A stretch of 64,000 nucleotides of DNA from Gammaproteobacteria bacterium (GCA_027296625.1 JAPUIX010000158.1:232-64231), one strand, 5' to 3'; numbered from the stretch's first letter, positions 15,355 through 27,087 are shown. Made by a program: numbers and translations. The notes: generated by a model not told the origin, from the letters alone.

Positions 15355-16305
15355 TCAGTTGGCCTTCTCCTTTGCCCGGATTGCCTCGTCGACCTTGACA
15401 ACATTTTCCGCCATGCGGGCAGAGGCTGCATCAATCATCCGACCATCGAGCTGCGCCGCCCCTTTGCCTTCCCGGGCTGCCTTCGCCAAGGCCTCGAGAA
15501 TACGTTTCGCTCTGTCCACCTCTGACTCGGGGGGAGAAAAGACCTCGTTAGCGAGCGGTATCTGAGACGGATGGATAGCCCACTTGCCCTCGATCCCCAA
15601 CGCCGCACCCCGCTTTGCCGCCAAGACATAACCTTCCGGATCATTGAAATCACCAAACGGTCCATCAATAGCACGCAACCCATAAGCGCGACAGGCAACC
15701 GTCATGCGAGAAAGTGCGGCATGCCATTGATCGCCCGGATAGTCTGGATTGAGCCCCCCGATGTTGACGGTTCTTGCCCTACAACTGGCGGCATAATCCG
15801 CAACGCCAAAGTGCATCGCCTCCAAGCGCTTACTCGATGTGGCGATCGCCTCGACATTGGCCATCCCAAGGGCCGTTTCGATCAGTACTTCAAGTCCAAT
15901 GCTGTGTTCAATTCCTTTCGCCTCCTCAATTTGACTTACCATGGCATCAACCATGTAGACATCGCATGGCGTCCCCGCCTTTGGAATCAAGATTGTATCA
16001 AGGTGGCTTCCAGCCTGTTCCAGCAAATCGACCACATCCCTGTACATATAGTGGGTATCGATGCCGTTGATGCGAACAGAGATGGTTTTGCCTTTACCCC
16101 GCCAGTCGATCTCATTGAGCGCCTCGATAATATTTTTGCGCGCCGGCTCCTTATCGGCCGGCGCGACGGCGTCCTCGAGATCAAGGAAGACATAATCCGC
16201 ACCACTGTCAGCGGCCTTAGCGATCATCTTTGGATTAGAACCAGGCACCGCCAGCTCACTGCGTTGCAGCCGCACACGGGTGGGTTCATAACGAGTATGA
16301 CTCAC
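15355..16305 (-). CDS. mcl: L-malyl-CoA/beta-methylmalyl-CoA lyase, HpcH/CitE family
   Basis: 316 aa from the CitE/HpcH aldolase family. It sits between sga and mtkA, as in serine-cycle clusters. Confidence 0.8.
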   Translation of the reverse strand: MSHTRYEPTRVRLQRSELAVPGSNPKMIAKAADSGADYVFLDLEDAVAPADKEPARKNIIEALNEIDWRGKGKTISVRINGIDTHYMYRDVVDLLEQAGSHLDTILIPKAGTPCDVYMVDAMVSQIEEAKGIEHSIGLEVLIETALGMANVEAIATSSKRLEAMHFGVADYAASCRARTVNIGGLNPDYPGDQWHAALSRMTVACRAYGLRAIDGPFGDFNDPEGYVLAAKRGAALGIEGKWAIHPSQIPLANEVFSPPESEVDRAKRILEALAKAAREGKGAAQLDGRMIDAASARMAENVVKVDEAIRAKEKAN

Positions 16306-16403
16306 AATCCACTCCTCCCTAATTTATGGGGCCAAACTGCTGAGCATAAAAAGCGCCTCTCCCGATTGCGGTCTTTATGAAAGAGTGCGCCTGGGGTGCC
16401 AGC

Positions 16404-17609
16404 TTACATGGCAGCCGTTGCCCCTTTACTGGTATCGAACGCCTCGGCCATGCTGCGAAGGAATTCTTCAGCGGCCGCGACACCGCTGCCCGGTTCGATA
16501 TCGATCCCGATATCCCGCATCGACATCTCCGAACCGACGATCGCGCTCAAGATCATGAGTTCATTGAGATCACCCAAATGACCGATGCGGAAAATCTTTC
16601 CCGCGACCTTATTCAGCCCGACACCCAGCGAAAGATTGTAGCGCTGGTAGGCCACTTTAACGACATCGGATCCATTGAATCCCTCTGGCACATAGATGCC
16701 ACTGACCGTATCGGAATACCATTTCGGTTCCTTGGCACAGAGTCTGAGGCCCCAAGCATCTACCGCTCGGCGCACTGCCTCGGCCAAGCGATTATGACGC
16801 GCAAAGACATTCTCAAGCCCTTCCTCGAACAACAGATTGACGGACTCGCGTAAGCCGCGTATGAGCGTCATCGCCGGGGTATATGGGAAGAACCCATCCT
16901 TATTGGTCTTGATCATATCCTCGAAGTCGAAGAATGTGCGGGGCAACTTGGCGGCTGTTCGAGCTTCCAGCGCCTTTTGACTGGCACAAACGATGGCAAG
17001 ACCGCACGGCAGCATGAAGCCCTTTTGGGAGGCGCTGACAGCCAGGTCCACTCCCCATTCGTCCATGCGGAAGTCGATACTGGCAATTGAACTCACGCCA
17101 TCGACGTAGAATAAAGCCGGATGATTGGCTGCATCCAAGGCCTTGCGAACACCGGCCATGTCGCTGGTCACGCCAGTCGCTGTCTCGTTCTGACACGCAA
17201 GAACCGCCTTGATTTCATGGTTCTTATCAGCAGCGAGCCGCTCCGCATATTTCTCCACGGGCACCCCTTCGCCCCATTCCACTTCCATTACCTCAACATC
17301 CAAGTTGTGACGTTGGCATAGATCAATCCACAGGTGAGAAAAGTGACCAAAGCTTGAAGCCAAGACCTTATCCCCCGGTGAAAGGGCATTGCTAATAGCC
17401 GCCTCCCAACCGCCGGTCCCTGACGCCGGGAAAATGAAGACTTGTCCCATTTTGGTCTTGAAGACTTTCTTTAAATCTTCGTAAAGAGCAAGCGTAAATT
17501 CCGGCAGATCAGGGGCCCGCTGGTCTTCCATTGGAATGTCCATGGCCCGGCGAACTCTGTCCGGAACGTTGGTAGGTCCAGGAATAAAGAGGAAATTACG
17601 TCCGGGCAT
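16404..17609 (-). CDS. sga: serine--glyoxylate aminotransferase, class V PLP
   Basis: 401 aa, class V aminotransferase with a PLP-lysine motif (SASQKG). It is the first gene of the operon. Confidence 0.8.
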   Translation of the reverse strand: MPGRNFLFIPGPTNVPDRVRRAMDIPMEDQRAPDLPEFTLALYEDLKKVFKTKMGQVFIFPASGTGGWEAAISNALSPGDKVLASSFGHFSHLWIDLCQRHNLDVEVMEVEWGEGVPVEKYAERLAADKNHEIKAVLACQNETATGVTSDMAGVRKALDAANHPALFYVDGVSSIASIDFRMDEWGVDLAVSASQKGFMLPCGLAIVCASQKALEARTAAKLPRTFFDFEDMIKTNKDGFFPYTPAMTLIRGLRESVNLLFEEGLENVFARHNRLAEAVRRAVDAWGLRLCAKEPKWYSDTVSGIYVPEGFNGSDVVKVAYQRYNLSLGVGLNKVAGKIFRIGHLGDLNELMILSAIVGSEMSMRDIGIDIEPGSGVAAAEEFLRSMAEAFDTSKGATAAM

Positions 17610-17875
17610 AATTGTGCGTCCTCCAAGTTTTATAGGAATACCGTTTGATTTTATTGACGTTATGGTTATTATCGTCGTTTCAGACGGGGCCGGAACCGAT
17701 GGAAAAATAGCCCCCGGCGCGACGCTATGAAGCGCCGAACTCTACCACGCTACGCCAAACATACGCATCCAATTACACCTTGTAGGCGCTTGGTTTGCAA
17801 GCGAAAACAAAGCGCGAAGAGGCTAGCGCCAACAAGCGTACAAAACCGCCATTTAGCGTCGCGACCCACTAATTT

Positions 17876-19093
17876 TCAAAGCGAATCAAGGCCCCTTGTG
17901 AGATCGACCTTAATATCTTCGACATCTTCTAAGCCGACCGATATGCGAATCAATCCTTCTGTAACCCCCGCCTCTGCCCGCTCCTCGGGTGTTAACCGCC
18001 AGTGCGTGGTCGTTGCTGGATGAACGATCGTCGTTTTCGTATCTCCAAGATTTGCCGTGATGGACAGAAGCTGTGTCGCGTCAATCACCCGCCATGCAGC
18101 ATCCCTTCCGCCATTAAGCTCAAACGACACAATTCCGCCGTAATCACTTTGTTGCCTCCCTGCAAGCACATGCTGTGGATGTGATGCAAGACCCGGATAA
18201 TAGACACGTGCAATTTGAGATTGCTGCTCCAACCACTCTGCAAGCTTAAACGCGTTCGCGCTGTGTGCGCGCATGCGTAAATGCAGCGTCTCAAGCCCCT
18301 TTAGAAAGACCCATGCATTAAATGGACTCATTGCTGGACCGGCGGTCCTTAGAAATCCAAAAATCTTTTCCCCAAGCAGTTCTTCACTGCCAACGACCGC
18401 TCCGCCCATACAGCGTCCCTGTCCATCCAGATATTTGGTCGCAGAGTGAATAATGATATCGGCGCCCATGGCCAGCGGTTGTTGTAGCGCTGGCGTACAG
18501 AAGCAGTTATCGACGACCAGCAAGCAGCCTTTGGCATGGGCAAGATCGACCAAGCGACGAATATCGGCAATCTCAGTAAGCGGATTGGATGGCGTCTCCA
18601 AAAACAAAAATTTTGTCTGAGTGCGGATCGCGCCTTCCCAAGCATCGTAATCCGTCAACGGCACAAAGCTCGTTTCAAGACCGAAACGTGGGAGTATCGC
18701 ATTTAACAAACTGACCGTGGTGCCAAAGATACTCCGTGATGAAACAATATGATCCCCCGCGCCTAGAAGCCCCATACAGGTGCTAAGTATCGCAGCCATA
18801 CCTGATGCAGTCGCAACGCAGCGCTCACCGCCCTCCAAGGCCGCGAGCCGCTCTTCAAATGTGCGAACTGTCGGATTAGTGAAACGGGAATAGATATTGC
18901 CGGGCTCTTCTCCGGCGAATCGCGCGGCCGCCTGCGCCGCATTTTTAAACACGAAGCTAGAGCTAGCAAAAATGGGCTCGCTCTGCTCACCTTCCAACGT
19001 CCGGACTTGGCCAGCCCGAACTGCACGCGTATGAAATCCGTATTGTAGGGGATCGATCTTTACCATAACGCCTTCTCCACCATTTCGAGCCAT
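17876..19093 (-). CDS. metZ: O-succinylhomoserine sulfhydrylase
   Basis: 405 aa, Cys/Met-metabolism PLP enzyme. It is nearly colinear with Pseudomonas MetZ, and its position next to purF is conserved. Confidence 0.8.
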   Translation of the reverse strand: MARNGGEGVMVKIDPLQYGFHTRAVRAGQVRTLEGEQSEPIFASSSFVFKNAAQAAARFAGEEPGNIYSRFTNPTVRTFEERLAALEGGERCVATASGMAAILSTCMGLLGAGDHIVSSRSIFGTTVSLLNAILPRFGLETSFVPLTDYDAWEGAIRTQTKFLFLETPSNPLTEIADIRRLVDLAHAKGCLLVVDNCFCTPALQQPLAMGADIIIHSATKYLDGQGRCMGGAVVGSEELLGEKIFGFLRTAGPAMSPFNAWVFLKGLETLHLRMRAHSANAFKLAEWLEQQSQIARVYYPGLASHPQHVLAGRQQSDYGGIVSFELNGGRDAAWRVIDATQLLSITANLGDTKTTIVHPATTTHWRLTPEERAEAGVTEGLIRISVGLEDVEDIKVDLTRGLDSL

Positions 19094-19118
19094 ACCCTCA
19101 GATCATTCATTAGGTCAT

Positions 19119-19167
19119 AAAAAAACCCGCCTTCAGCTTCCGCTAAAGCAGGTTTCCTCGCTTTAGC
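19119..19167 (-). terminator. Candidate intrinsic terminator or attenuator between purF and metZ. There is a hairpin followed by a U7 run on the minus strand.
   Basis: Inverted repeat GCTAAAGC-N10-GCTTTAGC at 19142-19167, and a T7 run (minus strand) at 19119-19125, 26 nt upstream of the metZ ATG. Confidence 0.25.
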
Positions 19168-19261
19168 AGAATTTCTTACGCGCCCGCAAGCTGACGTCAA
19201 ATCGGCGCACTTTCCCGAAGCCTAGAGAATTCGGGCGAGGATGTCAATAAATGCTGTTAGT

Positions 19262-20773
19262 TCATGCGCTATTCGATAAATCGGTCAAGGCGACCTCTCC
19301 ACCCTCCCGTTGAACCTTCGCTTTATCAGAGCGCAGAACTTCTAAATGATCAAGATAATCCCGACTCACATCGCCGGTAACGTACTCTCCTGTAAAACAG
19401 GAAGTATCAAACTGCTTAATCTTCCGATTACCTTTTCTAGCTGAACCGATCAGGTCATCCAGTTCCTGGTAAATTAGCCAATCCGCGCCGATCTCCTTTG
19501 CGACTTCTTCTTCCGACCTTCCATGTGCGACGAGTTCGTTAGCGGACGGCATATCAATCCCGTACACGTTCGGGTACCTAACGGGTGGCGCGGCGGCGGC
19601 AAAATATACCTTCCTCGCACCCGCCTCACGCGCCATCTGGATAATCTCACGCGATGTGGTACCACGTACGATCGAATCGTCAACAAGCAACACATTCTTG
19701 CCTTTAAACTCCAGGCCAATCGCATTTAGCTTCTGACGCACAGATTTTTTCCGTACCGCCTGACCAGGCATAATAAATGTGCGTGTTATATAACGATTCT
19801 TGATAAAGCCTTCGCGGTATTTAAGGCCCAGTGCGTACGCTAGCGGAAGCGCCGCCGTGCGACTTGTATCCGGAATCGGAATTACAACATCAATATCATG
19901 ATCGGACCAAAGCTTCATGATTTTTGCCGCGAGTTTTTCGCCCATCCGTAGCCGCGCTTTGTATACAGAAATACCGTCAATGATTGAGTCCGGACGCGCC
20001 AGGTATACATACTCGAAAATGCAAGGCGAAAGGAGCGGGGTATCCGCGCATTGTCGGGTATGAAGCTTCCCGCTAGCCTCGATGAAAACGACCTCACCCG
20101 GTTCGATATCACGCACGAGATCAAAACCCAGCGCGTCGATCGCGACGCTTTCCGATGCAATGATGTATTCTGTACCTCGTTTCGTCTTACGCTCGCCGAA
20201 CACGATCGGACGTATACCGTGGGGATCTCTAAACCCTAAAATCCCGACTCCAGCGATCATCGCGACCGCTGCGTAACCTCCTCGACAACGTCGATGCAAC
20301 TTGGTGATGGCTGTGAAGATGTCTTCGGCGTCGATCTGGAGCTTTCCAAGCCTCTGCAACTCGTGTGCAAACACATTGAGTAGCACTTCGGAGTCTGATT
20401 CCGTGTTAATGTGCCGGAGGTCCTCACAAAAGAGAGCACGCTTTAATTCCTCACCGTTTGTCAGATTACCATTGTGTGCAAGGGTGATCCCGTAAGGCGA
20501 ATTGACGTATAAAGGTTGGGCCTCGGCAGACGACGAGCAACCAGCCGTCGGGTAGCGCACATGTCCAATCCCGAGCCTCCCTTTTAGATTCATCATATGG
20601 TGCGTATAGAATACGTCGCGAACTAGCCCGTTATTCTTTCGCAGGTATAGGCGCCCGTCCTCGTAGGTCACAATACCCGCAGCATCCTGTCCACGATGCT
20701 GGAGCACGGTCAAGCCATCATACAAAGCCTGATTGACATTAGTCTTTGCGACGATTCCAATTATTCCACACAT
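19262..20773 (-). CDS. purF: amidophosphoribosyltransferase. The ORF is called to 20818, but the start was moved to MCGIIG.
   Basis: PurF uses Cys1 after the initiator Met (MCGI), and the rest is a full-length match. Confidence 0.9.
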   Translation of the reverse strand: MCGIIGIVAKTNVNQALYDGLTVLQHRGQDAAGIVTYEDGRLYLRKNNGLVRDVFYTHHMMNLKGRLGIGHVRYPTAGCSSSAEAQPLYVNSPYGITLAHNGNLTNGEELKRALFCEDLRHINTESDSEVLLNVFAHELQRLGKLQIDAEDIFTAITKLHRRCRGGYAAVAMIAGVGILGFRDPHGIRPIVFGERKTKRGTEYIIASESVAIDALGFDLVRDIEPGEVVFIEASGKLHTRQCADTPLLSPCIFEYVYLARPDSIIDGISVYKARLRMGEKLAAKIMKLWSDHDIDVVIPIPDTSRTAALPLAYALGLKYREGFIKNRYITRTFIMPGQAVRKKSVRQKLNAIGLEFKGKNVLLVDDSIVRGTTSREIIQMAREAGARKVYFAAAAPPVRYPNVYGIDMPSANELVAHGRSEEEVAKEIGADWLIYQELDDLIGSARKGNRKIKQFDTSCFTGEYVTGDVSRDYLDHLEVLRSDKAKVQREGGEVALTDLSNSA

Positions 20774-20814
20774 TGCTGGTCCTCGTTCACGACAACAGTA
20801 AATCCATACACTGT

Positions 20815-21303
20815 TCAATAACTGATGTAGCTCGCGATTTCCTCAGGCAGATAACTACGAAGCCATAACGCCATTTCCTGAAAATACCCAATAAGGATTG
20901 ACTCTCCCCACCATTGGTCATACGGCAAAGGAGTCAGGCCAGCCAACAACACCAACAGGACTACAATGACACCACCGCGAGCGATCCCTAACAAGAGCGC
21001 AAGTAGTCTATCAGCGCCTGTAAACTCGGTTTTCCCACCGAGTTTGACTACTACATAACTGACAAACGATGCCATAAGTAATGTGGCGACAAAAATCCCA
21101 ACGAAGGCAAGCGCAAACAGAATTGATGGTGATGAAACATGATCGGCAAGCCGTTCCGCCAGGTCCGGAGCGAACGCGATGCTAAGCCAGAACGCCAGTA
21201 TCCATGCCAACAGTGAAAGAAATTCTCGCAGAAACCCGCGCACCAGACTGAAAAGAGCTGAAATCGCGATGATACAGAGGATTGCAATATCCGGCCCCGT
21301 CAT
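20815..21303 (-). CDS. cvpA: colicin V production protein CvpA
   Basis: 162 aa with 4 TM segments. The cvpA-purF synteny is conserved. Confidence 0.85.
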   Translation of the reverse strand: MTGPDIAILCIIAISALFSLVRGFLREFLSLLAWILAFWLSIAFAPDLAERLADHVSSPSILFALAFVGIFVATLLMASFVSYVVVKLGGKTEFTGADRLLALLLGIARGGVIVVLLVLLAGLTPLPYDQWWGESILIGYFQEMALWLRSYLPEEIASYISY

Positions 21304-21395
21304 GAACCATCATTTCCTTGCTACGCTAATGTGGCTGCGCGCATTCTAGCAGAACACTCCCTGTCAACATAGGTGGTGCATGGGCTGAAAAGCCG

Positions 21396-21995
21396 TTAAG
21401 GATATCGAACAACGATACCCTCAAGTTTAACCGTTTTCTGCAACTGCTCCCTCAAGGCGTCAGCATCGGAACGCACAAGTTCGGGACCGACTCGAACCCG
21501 AAATACCTTCTTTCCACCCGAATAGACCGGGTCAACAAACGATTCATACCCCTTCTTACGCAACTTTTCATTAAGGGCTTGGGCATTTGCTTCGCGTGAA
21601 AAGCTACCAAGCTGTACGACCCAAGCCATCAGGCCAACCCGTTCGCTCACCAGTTGACCGTCGCGTGGTTCCTTAGGCTTTGGCAACTTCGCCTCTGATA
21701 CGTCCTTTGTGGCCGCGACCACGGGCGCGCCGCCTTCGGTTTCAGTCACCGACTCAGATGGCATGGGGCGCACGACACTTTGCTCCCGTGGCTCATGATG
21801 AGTTGGCTCGCCAATTGGCACAATCCGTGAACTGAAAGCGTCCGTAGGTTTAGGTGGGATGTTGGTCGCGGTGATCGTGGTTACAGGCACTGGCGTCTCG
21901 TCAAAAAGAATAGGTACAAAAATAACGGCAAGGCCGACTAGCACAGCAGCACCCACCAGTCGTTCTTTCAACTTCTGTTCCATCAAATAGAGCAC
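21396..21995 (-). CDS. dedD: SPOR-domain cell-division protein, DedD-like
   Basis: 199 aa with an N-terminal TM segment, a Pro-rich linker and a C-terminal SPOR domain. The folC-dedD-cvpA synteny is conserved. Confidence 0.7.
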   Translation of the reverse strand: MLYLMEQKLKERLVGAAVLVGLAVIFVPILFDETPVPVTTITATNIPPKPTDAFSSRIVPIGEPTHHEPREQSVVRPMPSESVTETEGGAPVVAATKDVSEAKLPKPKEPRDGQLVSERVGLMAWVVQLGSFSREANAQALNEKLRKKGYESFVDPVYSGGKKVFRVRVGPELVRSDADALREQLQKTVKLEGIVVRYP

Positions 21996-21996
21996 C

Positions 21997-23400
21997 CTAT
22001 GTACTTAGGCGTTGCGCAAGCCCCCGCATGACCTCGCCCACAGTGAGAAACGACCCCGTTACGAGCACGCGATCGCCCGAACTCGCCACAGACACAACAT
22101 CGGCAAAAGCCTGAGCCACACTCCCATAGGTAACAATAGGCTTCGATACGCCCAACTCAGTCAACTCCTTGGCCAGGATCTCACTCCCTGCGCCTCGTGT
22201 CGTATTAAGCGTCGCTACATGCCAGACATCTGCAACATCACGAAGTTCCTGAAATACCGCACGGCGATCTTTGTCTCTCAGCATCCCGATCAGAATATGC
22301 GTCGTCTTAGCTCGAGGCAATCCAGTGAGGTTCTGCGCCAACACCCTAGCCGCCTGGCGATTATGTGCTACATCTAGCACGTATTGAATAGCACCTGGAA
22401 TCACCTGAAAGCGACCCGGAAGCTCGAGTGCCTTAAGACCTGTTCTCAAGGCATTATTATTTATGGGATGCTTCTCTGCGATGAGTTTAAACACCATGAG
22501 GACCCCAGCCGCGTTCTGCAACTGGTGGTCACCACAGAGCTTGGGCTTGGGGAGATCAGCGTAGGTGACGGAATCGTAGTGCCAAGTCCAGTCATTATCC
22601 GATACCACGTACTCAAAATCACGGCCTATGCAGAACAACGGCGATTGCAGCACCGCGGCGCGATCGATGAGGCTCTGAGGCGGCTTCGGATCCGAGCAGA
22701 TCGCGGGTGTCCCATGCCGGAAGATCCCTGCCTTTTCTCGAGCAATAGAGTCACGATCCTTGCCCAACCAATCTATGTGGTCTATATCGATAGCCGTCAC
22801 CAGTGCGACATCAGCATCCAAAAGGTTCACTGCATCTAATCTTCCCCCTAATCCCACCTCAAAGATGCCAACGTCGATATCGGTTCGCTGGAAGATGTCA
22901 AAAGCAGCCAGTGTCCCAAACTCAAAATAGGTCAGGGTCAAACCGTTTCGCGCGCGGTCGATGCGATCAAATGCGTCGCATAGGGCTTCATCAGAGACAT
23001 TCTTACCGCTAATTCGGAGACGCTCGTTGTATGAGATCAAGTGAGGTGAGGTGTAACAGCCGGTTTTATATCCCGCCGCAGTTAGTACGGCATCAATAAG
23101 TGCAACACTTGATCCCTTACCATTAGTACCGGCTACGCTGATGACCGTATACGGTGGCTTAAACAAGCCCATCGCTTGAGCAACTGATCGGACACGTTCA
23201 AGACTCAACTCGATGTCTTTTACATGCAGCGTTTCCTGCCAATCAAGCCAGTCAGATAAACTGTCAAATCGCTTCTGCGGCGAACCATTCAACTCGGATG
23301 AACAGCCTGCGACTGGCCAGTGTTGTGTCGTCTGGTCTAGTGCCACTCGGAATCTCAATGCAAAGTCAGAAGAAGCAGCGTTGATGAGAGCAGTAGTCAA
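21997..23400 (-). CDS. folC: bifunctional folylpolyglutamate synthase / dihydrofolate synthase. The true start is probably an alternative codon downstream of 23400.
   Basis: The GTNGKGSS P-loop lies about 50 aa further from the N-terminus than in E. coli FolC. There is an ATGA overlap with accD. Confidence 0.85.
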   Translation of the reverse strand: MTTALINAASSDFALRFRVALDQTTQHWPVAGCSSELNGSPQKRFDSLSDWLDWQETLHVKDIELSLERVRSVAQAMGLFKPPYTVISVAGTNGKGSSVALIDAVLTAAGYKTGCYTSPHLISYNERLRISGKNVSDEALCDAFDRIDRARNGLTLTYFEFGTLAAFDIFQRTDIDVGIFEVGLGGRLDAVNLLDADVALVTAIDIDHIDWLGKDRDSIAREKAGIFRHGTPAICSDPKPPQSLIDRAAVLQSPLFCIGRDFEYVVSDNDWTWHYDSVTYADLPKPKLCGDHQLQNAAGVLMVFKLIAEKHPINNNALRTGLKALELPGRFQVIPGAIQYVLDVAHNRQAARVLAQNLTGLPRAKTTHILIGMLRDKDRRAVFQELRDVADVWHVATLNTTRGAGSEILAKELTELGVSKPIVTYGSVAQAFADVVSVASSGDRVLVTGSFLTVGEVMRGLAQRLST

Positions 23401-24261
23401 TCAGTGCAGTGGCTGATGGGTCAACATCGATAGTAAACACGCAATTCGATCGCGCATATCTCTACGATCGACGATCGAATCAATAGCGCCGTGCTCAAGA
23501 AGAAATTCACTGCGCTGAAAACCGTCGGGCAATGTTTCCCGCACTGTTTGCTCAATCACTCGTGGGCCAGCAAACCCAATCAAAGCTTTTGGTTCGGCGA
23601 TGTTAATGTCACCTAGCATGGCGAGACTCGCCGAGACACCTCCCATGGTGGGATTGGAGAGAACCGAAATGTATGGTATGCGGACGCGGCTTAGCGCAGC
23701 CAATGCCGCACTGGTCTTAGCCATTTGCATTAGCGATATGAGCGCTTCTTGCATCCTTGCTCCGCCGCTTGCCGAAAAACATACGAGTGGAATATCGTTA
23801 TCCATGCAGGTATTCACTGCCCGTACAAACCGCTCTCCTACAACAGATCCCATCGAACCACATATGAAGTCGATTTCAAAGGAGCAGGCTACCAAGGGCA
23901 GACCCTTCACCCGTCCCATTATGACCACCAGTGCATCGTTCTCGGCTGTCTTCCTTTGCGCTTGGTGTAAGCGATCCTTGTACTTCTTGCTATCTCGAAA
24001 CTTGAGAACATCAACCGGCCGAAGCTTGGCACCGATCTCTGAGCGAGGCTCCTTGTCGAGAAAATGATCAAGTCGTCCGCGGGCGCTGATGCGCATGTGA
24101 TGTGTACATTTGGGACATACTTCCTGACTGCGTTCCAGTTCCGCACGGTAGAGGACTGCGTTGCACGCTGTACACTGCGTCCAGACGCCCTCTGGAACAG
24201 TGCGTCGGGTCGTCCCGTTGGTCCTTATGCGACGGGGCAGTAATTTGTCCAGCCAAGTCAT
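23401..24261 (-). CDS. accD: acetyl-CoA carboxylase carboxyltransferase beta subunit
   Basis: 286 aa with an N-terminal Zn ribbon (CxxC...CxxC) and the carboxyltransferase domain. Confidence 0.9.
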   Translation of the reverse strand: MTWLDKLLPRRIRTNGTTRRTVPEGVWTQCTACNAVLYRAELERSQEVCPKCTHHMRISARGRLDHFLDKEPRSEIGAKLRPVDVLKFRDSKKYKDRLHQAQRKTAENDALVVIMGRVKGLPLVACSFEIDFICGSMGSVVGERFVRAVNTCMDNDIPLVCFSASGGARMQEALISLMQMAKTSAALAALSRVRIPYISVLSNPTMGGVSASLAMLGDINIAEPKALIGFAGPRVIEQTVRETLPDGFQRSEFLLEHGAIDSIVDRRDMRDRIACLLSMLTHQPLH

Positions 24262-24329
24262 AACAGATCTAACGCTTCATTTCAGGCAGCATGCTAACAC
24301 ATGTCGGTGTGAAACAGGGTGTTACACCT

Positions 24330-25136
24330 TCACACTGCATCCATTGCGCGACGCAGCCCATTAAGGAACGTCATCACCTCTCCTTCAATCTTGTCCAACT
24401 GCTCAGCCAGCGCACCCATCCTTTCAACCAACGCGCTCCCAACGATGACTGCATCACTGAACGCGGCCACGCGTGCGGCCGCTTCCGCGTCCTTTATGCC
24501 AAACCCAACTCCAACAGGCAACTCCGTCTTGCTCCGGATATGGCTGACTTTAACGGCCACATCCGATACATCCAAGCGGTTGCTGCCTGTCACACCTTTA
24601 AGTGAGACGTAATACAGAAATCCACGCGCTGCCCGGCAAATTAGTTCAAGACGTATATCACTGGTGGTCGGCGCCAGAAGAAAAATAGGATCTATATCAT
24701 GACTTGTTAACGCAGCCGTCAATTCATCTGCCTCCTCCGGCGGAAGATCGACTGTCAATACACCATCCACGCCCGCAGCCTGTGCAGCCTTTGCGAAGCG
24801 TTCATATCCCATGACTTCAATTGGGTTAAGATAACCCATCAATATTACTGGTGTATTGGTGTCGCGATCAGAAAACGTCTTCGCCATATTGATCACATCC
24901 CGCAAGCTCACTCCGTGGGCGAGCGCCCTTTCACTGGATCGCTGGATTGCGGGACCATCAGCCACAGGATCCGAAAACGGGACACCCAATTCTAGCATGT
25001 TCGCGCCTGCACGCACCATGGCATGCATGAGCGGTACCGTACATGATGGTTCGGGATCGCCGGCCGTAACAAAAGGCACCAATGCCTTTCGACCGCTCTC
25101 ACGCAGACCATCAAAACAGCGACTGATGCGACTCAT
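24330..25136 (-). CDS. trpA: tryptophan synthase alpha subunit
   Basis: 268 aa with a TrpA fold ([14 protein letters not shown]). Confidence 0.9.
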   Translation of the reverse strand: MSRISRCFDGLRESGRKALVPFVTAGDPEPSCTVPLMHAMVRAGANMLELGVPFSDPVADGPAIQRSSERALAHGVSLRDVINMAKTFSDRDTNTPVILMGYLNPIEVMGYERFAKAAQAAGVDGVLTVDLPPEEADELTAALTSHDIDPIFLLAPTTSDIRLELICRAARGFLYYVSLKGVTGSNRLDVSDVAVKVSHIRSKTELPVGVGFGIKDAEAAARVAAFSDAVIVGSALVERMGALAEQLDKIEGEVMTFLNGLRRAMDAV

Positions 25137-25190
25137 TCTACCTTAGCAAATGAATTAGTCTTTCCTGCATTAATTTGACGAAGATGCGAC

Positions 25191-26441
25191 TTAGAGGTGA
25201 ATGCTCTCTCGTTCAGCAACCATCTGTATGTCCTTATCCCCGCGGCCCGACAAATTGATCAGAATAATAGCGTCTCTTCCCAACTCTGGCGCCAATCTCG
25301 CGGTGAAGGCTACAGCATGACTTGATTCGAGCGCAGGAATAATTCCCTCTGCGCGTGTCAGCACATGGAAGGCATCAAGCGCTTCTTCGTCATTGACAGC
25401 AGCATACTGAGCACGTCCTGTGTCCTTAAGCCAGGCATGCTCGGGTCCGACACCGGGGTAATCAAGACCAGCGGCTATGGAATGCGTTTCCAAAATCTGG
25501 CCATTGTCGTCTTCTATGAGATAGGTTCGGTTACCGTGCAACACGCCAGGATGTCCGGCACATAAGGATGCCGCATGGTGGCCGGTATCAATTCCATCAC
25601 CCGCCGCCTCAACGCCGTACATGGCAACTTGCAAGTCGCCGATAAATGGGTAAAACAGGCCGATCGCATTAGAGCCGCCTCCCACACAGGCAACCAGCGC
25701 ATCTGGCAATCGTCCCGTCTGTTCAAGACATTGTTGACGCGCCTCGCGGCCGATGATCGCCTGGAAGTCACGCACCATGGCGGGATAGGGATGTGGCCCT
25801 GCAACAGACCCAATAATGTAAAAGGTATCATCAACATTGGTCACCCAATCACGCATCGCCTCATTCAAAGCGTCTTTCAATGTTTTTGAGCCCGACTCGA
25901 CGGGCACCACCTCAGCTCCCAGCAATTTCATGCGATAAACATTGATGGACTGGCGCTGGATGTCACGCGCACCCATATAGACCACACACTGAAGACCCAA
26001 TCGCGCCGCCACTGTTGCAGTCGCCACACCGTGCTGTCCGGCACCGGTCTCCGCAATGATTCGGGTTTTCCCCATGCGTCGCGCGAGGAGCCCTTGTCCC
26101 ACGGTATTATTGATCTTGTGGGCGCCCGTATGATTGAGGTCTTCGCGCTTAAGGTAGATTTGAGCGCCACCATACTGCTCCGATAACCGCTTTGCGTGAT
26201 ACAGGGGCGATGGACGGCCAACATAGTGACGTAGCTCTTCATCCAGCTCGGCGATAAATTGCGGATCGCGTGGATAGTACTCATAGGCTTCTTGGAGCGC
26301 TTCCAAGGGGCCCATAAGCGTTTCCGCCACAAATCGACCCCCATAAGGCCCGAAGTGGCCTTGCGCATCGGGCAGATCGGTGGAGCTCACAGACACATCA
26401 GCAACCGAGCGCGAGCGCAAGCCGACATTACGGATTTGCAT
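25191..26441 (-). CDS. trpB: tryptophan synthase beta subunit. The N-terminus may be about 10 aa shorter than called.
   Basis: 416 aa with the PLP site HTGAHKINN. It overlaps trpF by 14 nt. Confidence 0.9.
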   Translation of the reverse strand: MQIRNVGLRSRSVADVSVSSTDLPDAQGHFGPYGGRFVAETLMGPLEALQEAYEYYPRDPQFIAELDEELRHYVGRPSPLYHAKRLSEQYGGAQIYLKREDLNHTGAHKINNTVGQGLLARRMGKTRIIAETGAGQHGVATATVAARLGLQCVVYMGARDIQRQSINVYRMKLLGAEVVPVESGSKTLKDALNEAMRDWVTNVDDTFYIIGSVAGPHPYPAMVRDFQAIIGREARQQCLEQTGRLPDALVACVGGGSNAIGLFYPFIGDLQVAMYGVEAAGDGIDTGHHAASLCAGHPGVLHGNRTYLIEDDNGQILETHSIAAGLDYPGVGPEHAWLKDTGRAQYAAVNDEEALDAFHVLTRAEGIIPALESSHAVAFTARLAPELGRDAIILINLSGRGDKDIQMVAERESIHL

Positions 26442-27087
26442 TGGATACTCCTTGCATAAACGCCGCTATCTTAGCCGCATCTTTTATCCCGTGACTGGAT
26501 TCGACTCCACCGCTGACGTCCACGCCGTACGGAGAAACCTCAGCGATTGCTCGCCCCACATTCTCCGGCGTCAAGCCACCCGCGATGATGATGGGTTTGC
26601 TGAGACCCTTAGGCACGATTGCCCAGTCAAATGACGCGCCCGTGCCACCTTGGGTACCCTCCTTGTAGGTGTCGAGCAACAAGGCACATGATTCAGCATA
26701 CTGCGTTTCTATGCTCGCAAGATCGACACCGTCTTGCATTCTAACTGCCTTAATATAGGGTTTGGAATACCGTCGGCATGCCTCTGAGCTTTCTTCTCCG
26801 TGAAACTGCAGTACATCGAGCGGTACCTCCTTAAGAATTGCCTCAATCTCCTCTGGATCAGCGTTAACAAACAGTCCAACCCTGCTTACAAACGGCGGTA
26901 AGACACGCACGATATCCAGCGCCTGCTGGATGGTGACCGCACGGCGACTTCCTTGATAGAAGACCAACCCAATAGCATCCGCTCCCAGATTTGTGGCGCT
27001 CTGCGCATCATCTGACCGGGTGATCCCGCAGATCTTGACTTTTACACGGTGACTGTTCTGCGAATCATGCTTTTGAATTGTTTCCAA
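26428..27087 (-). CDS. trpF: phosphoribosylanthranilate isomerase
   Basis: 219 aa. The TrpF N-terminus VKICGIT and the operon position identify it. Confidence 0.8.
   Translation of the reverse strand: METIQKHDSQNSHRVKVKICGITRSDDAQSATNLGADAIGLVFYQGSRRAVTIQQALDIVRVLPPFVSRVGLFVNADPEEIEAILKEVPLDVLQFHGEESSEACRRYSKPYIKAVRMQDGVDLASIETQYAESCALLLDTYKEGTQGGTGASFDWAIVPKGLSKPIIIAGGLTPENVGRAIAEVSPYGVDVSGGVESSHGIKDAAKIAAFMQGVSNANP

Noticed and set aside
15571-16380. 269-aa plus-strand ORF
   Set aside because: It lies entirely antisense to malyl-CoA lyase, a conserved protein. It has no motifs and is typical of high-GC antisense ORFs.
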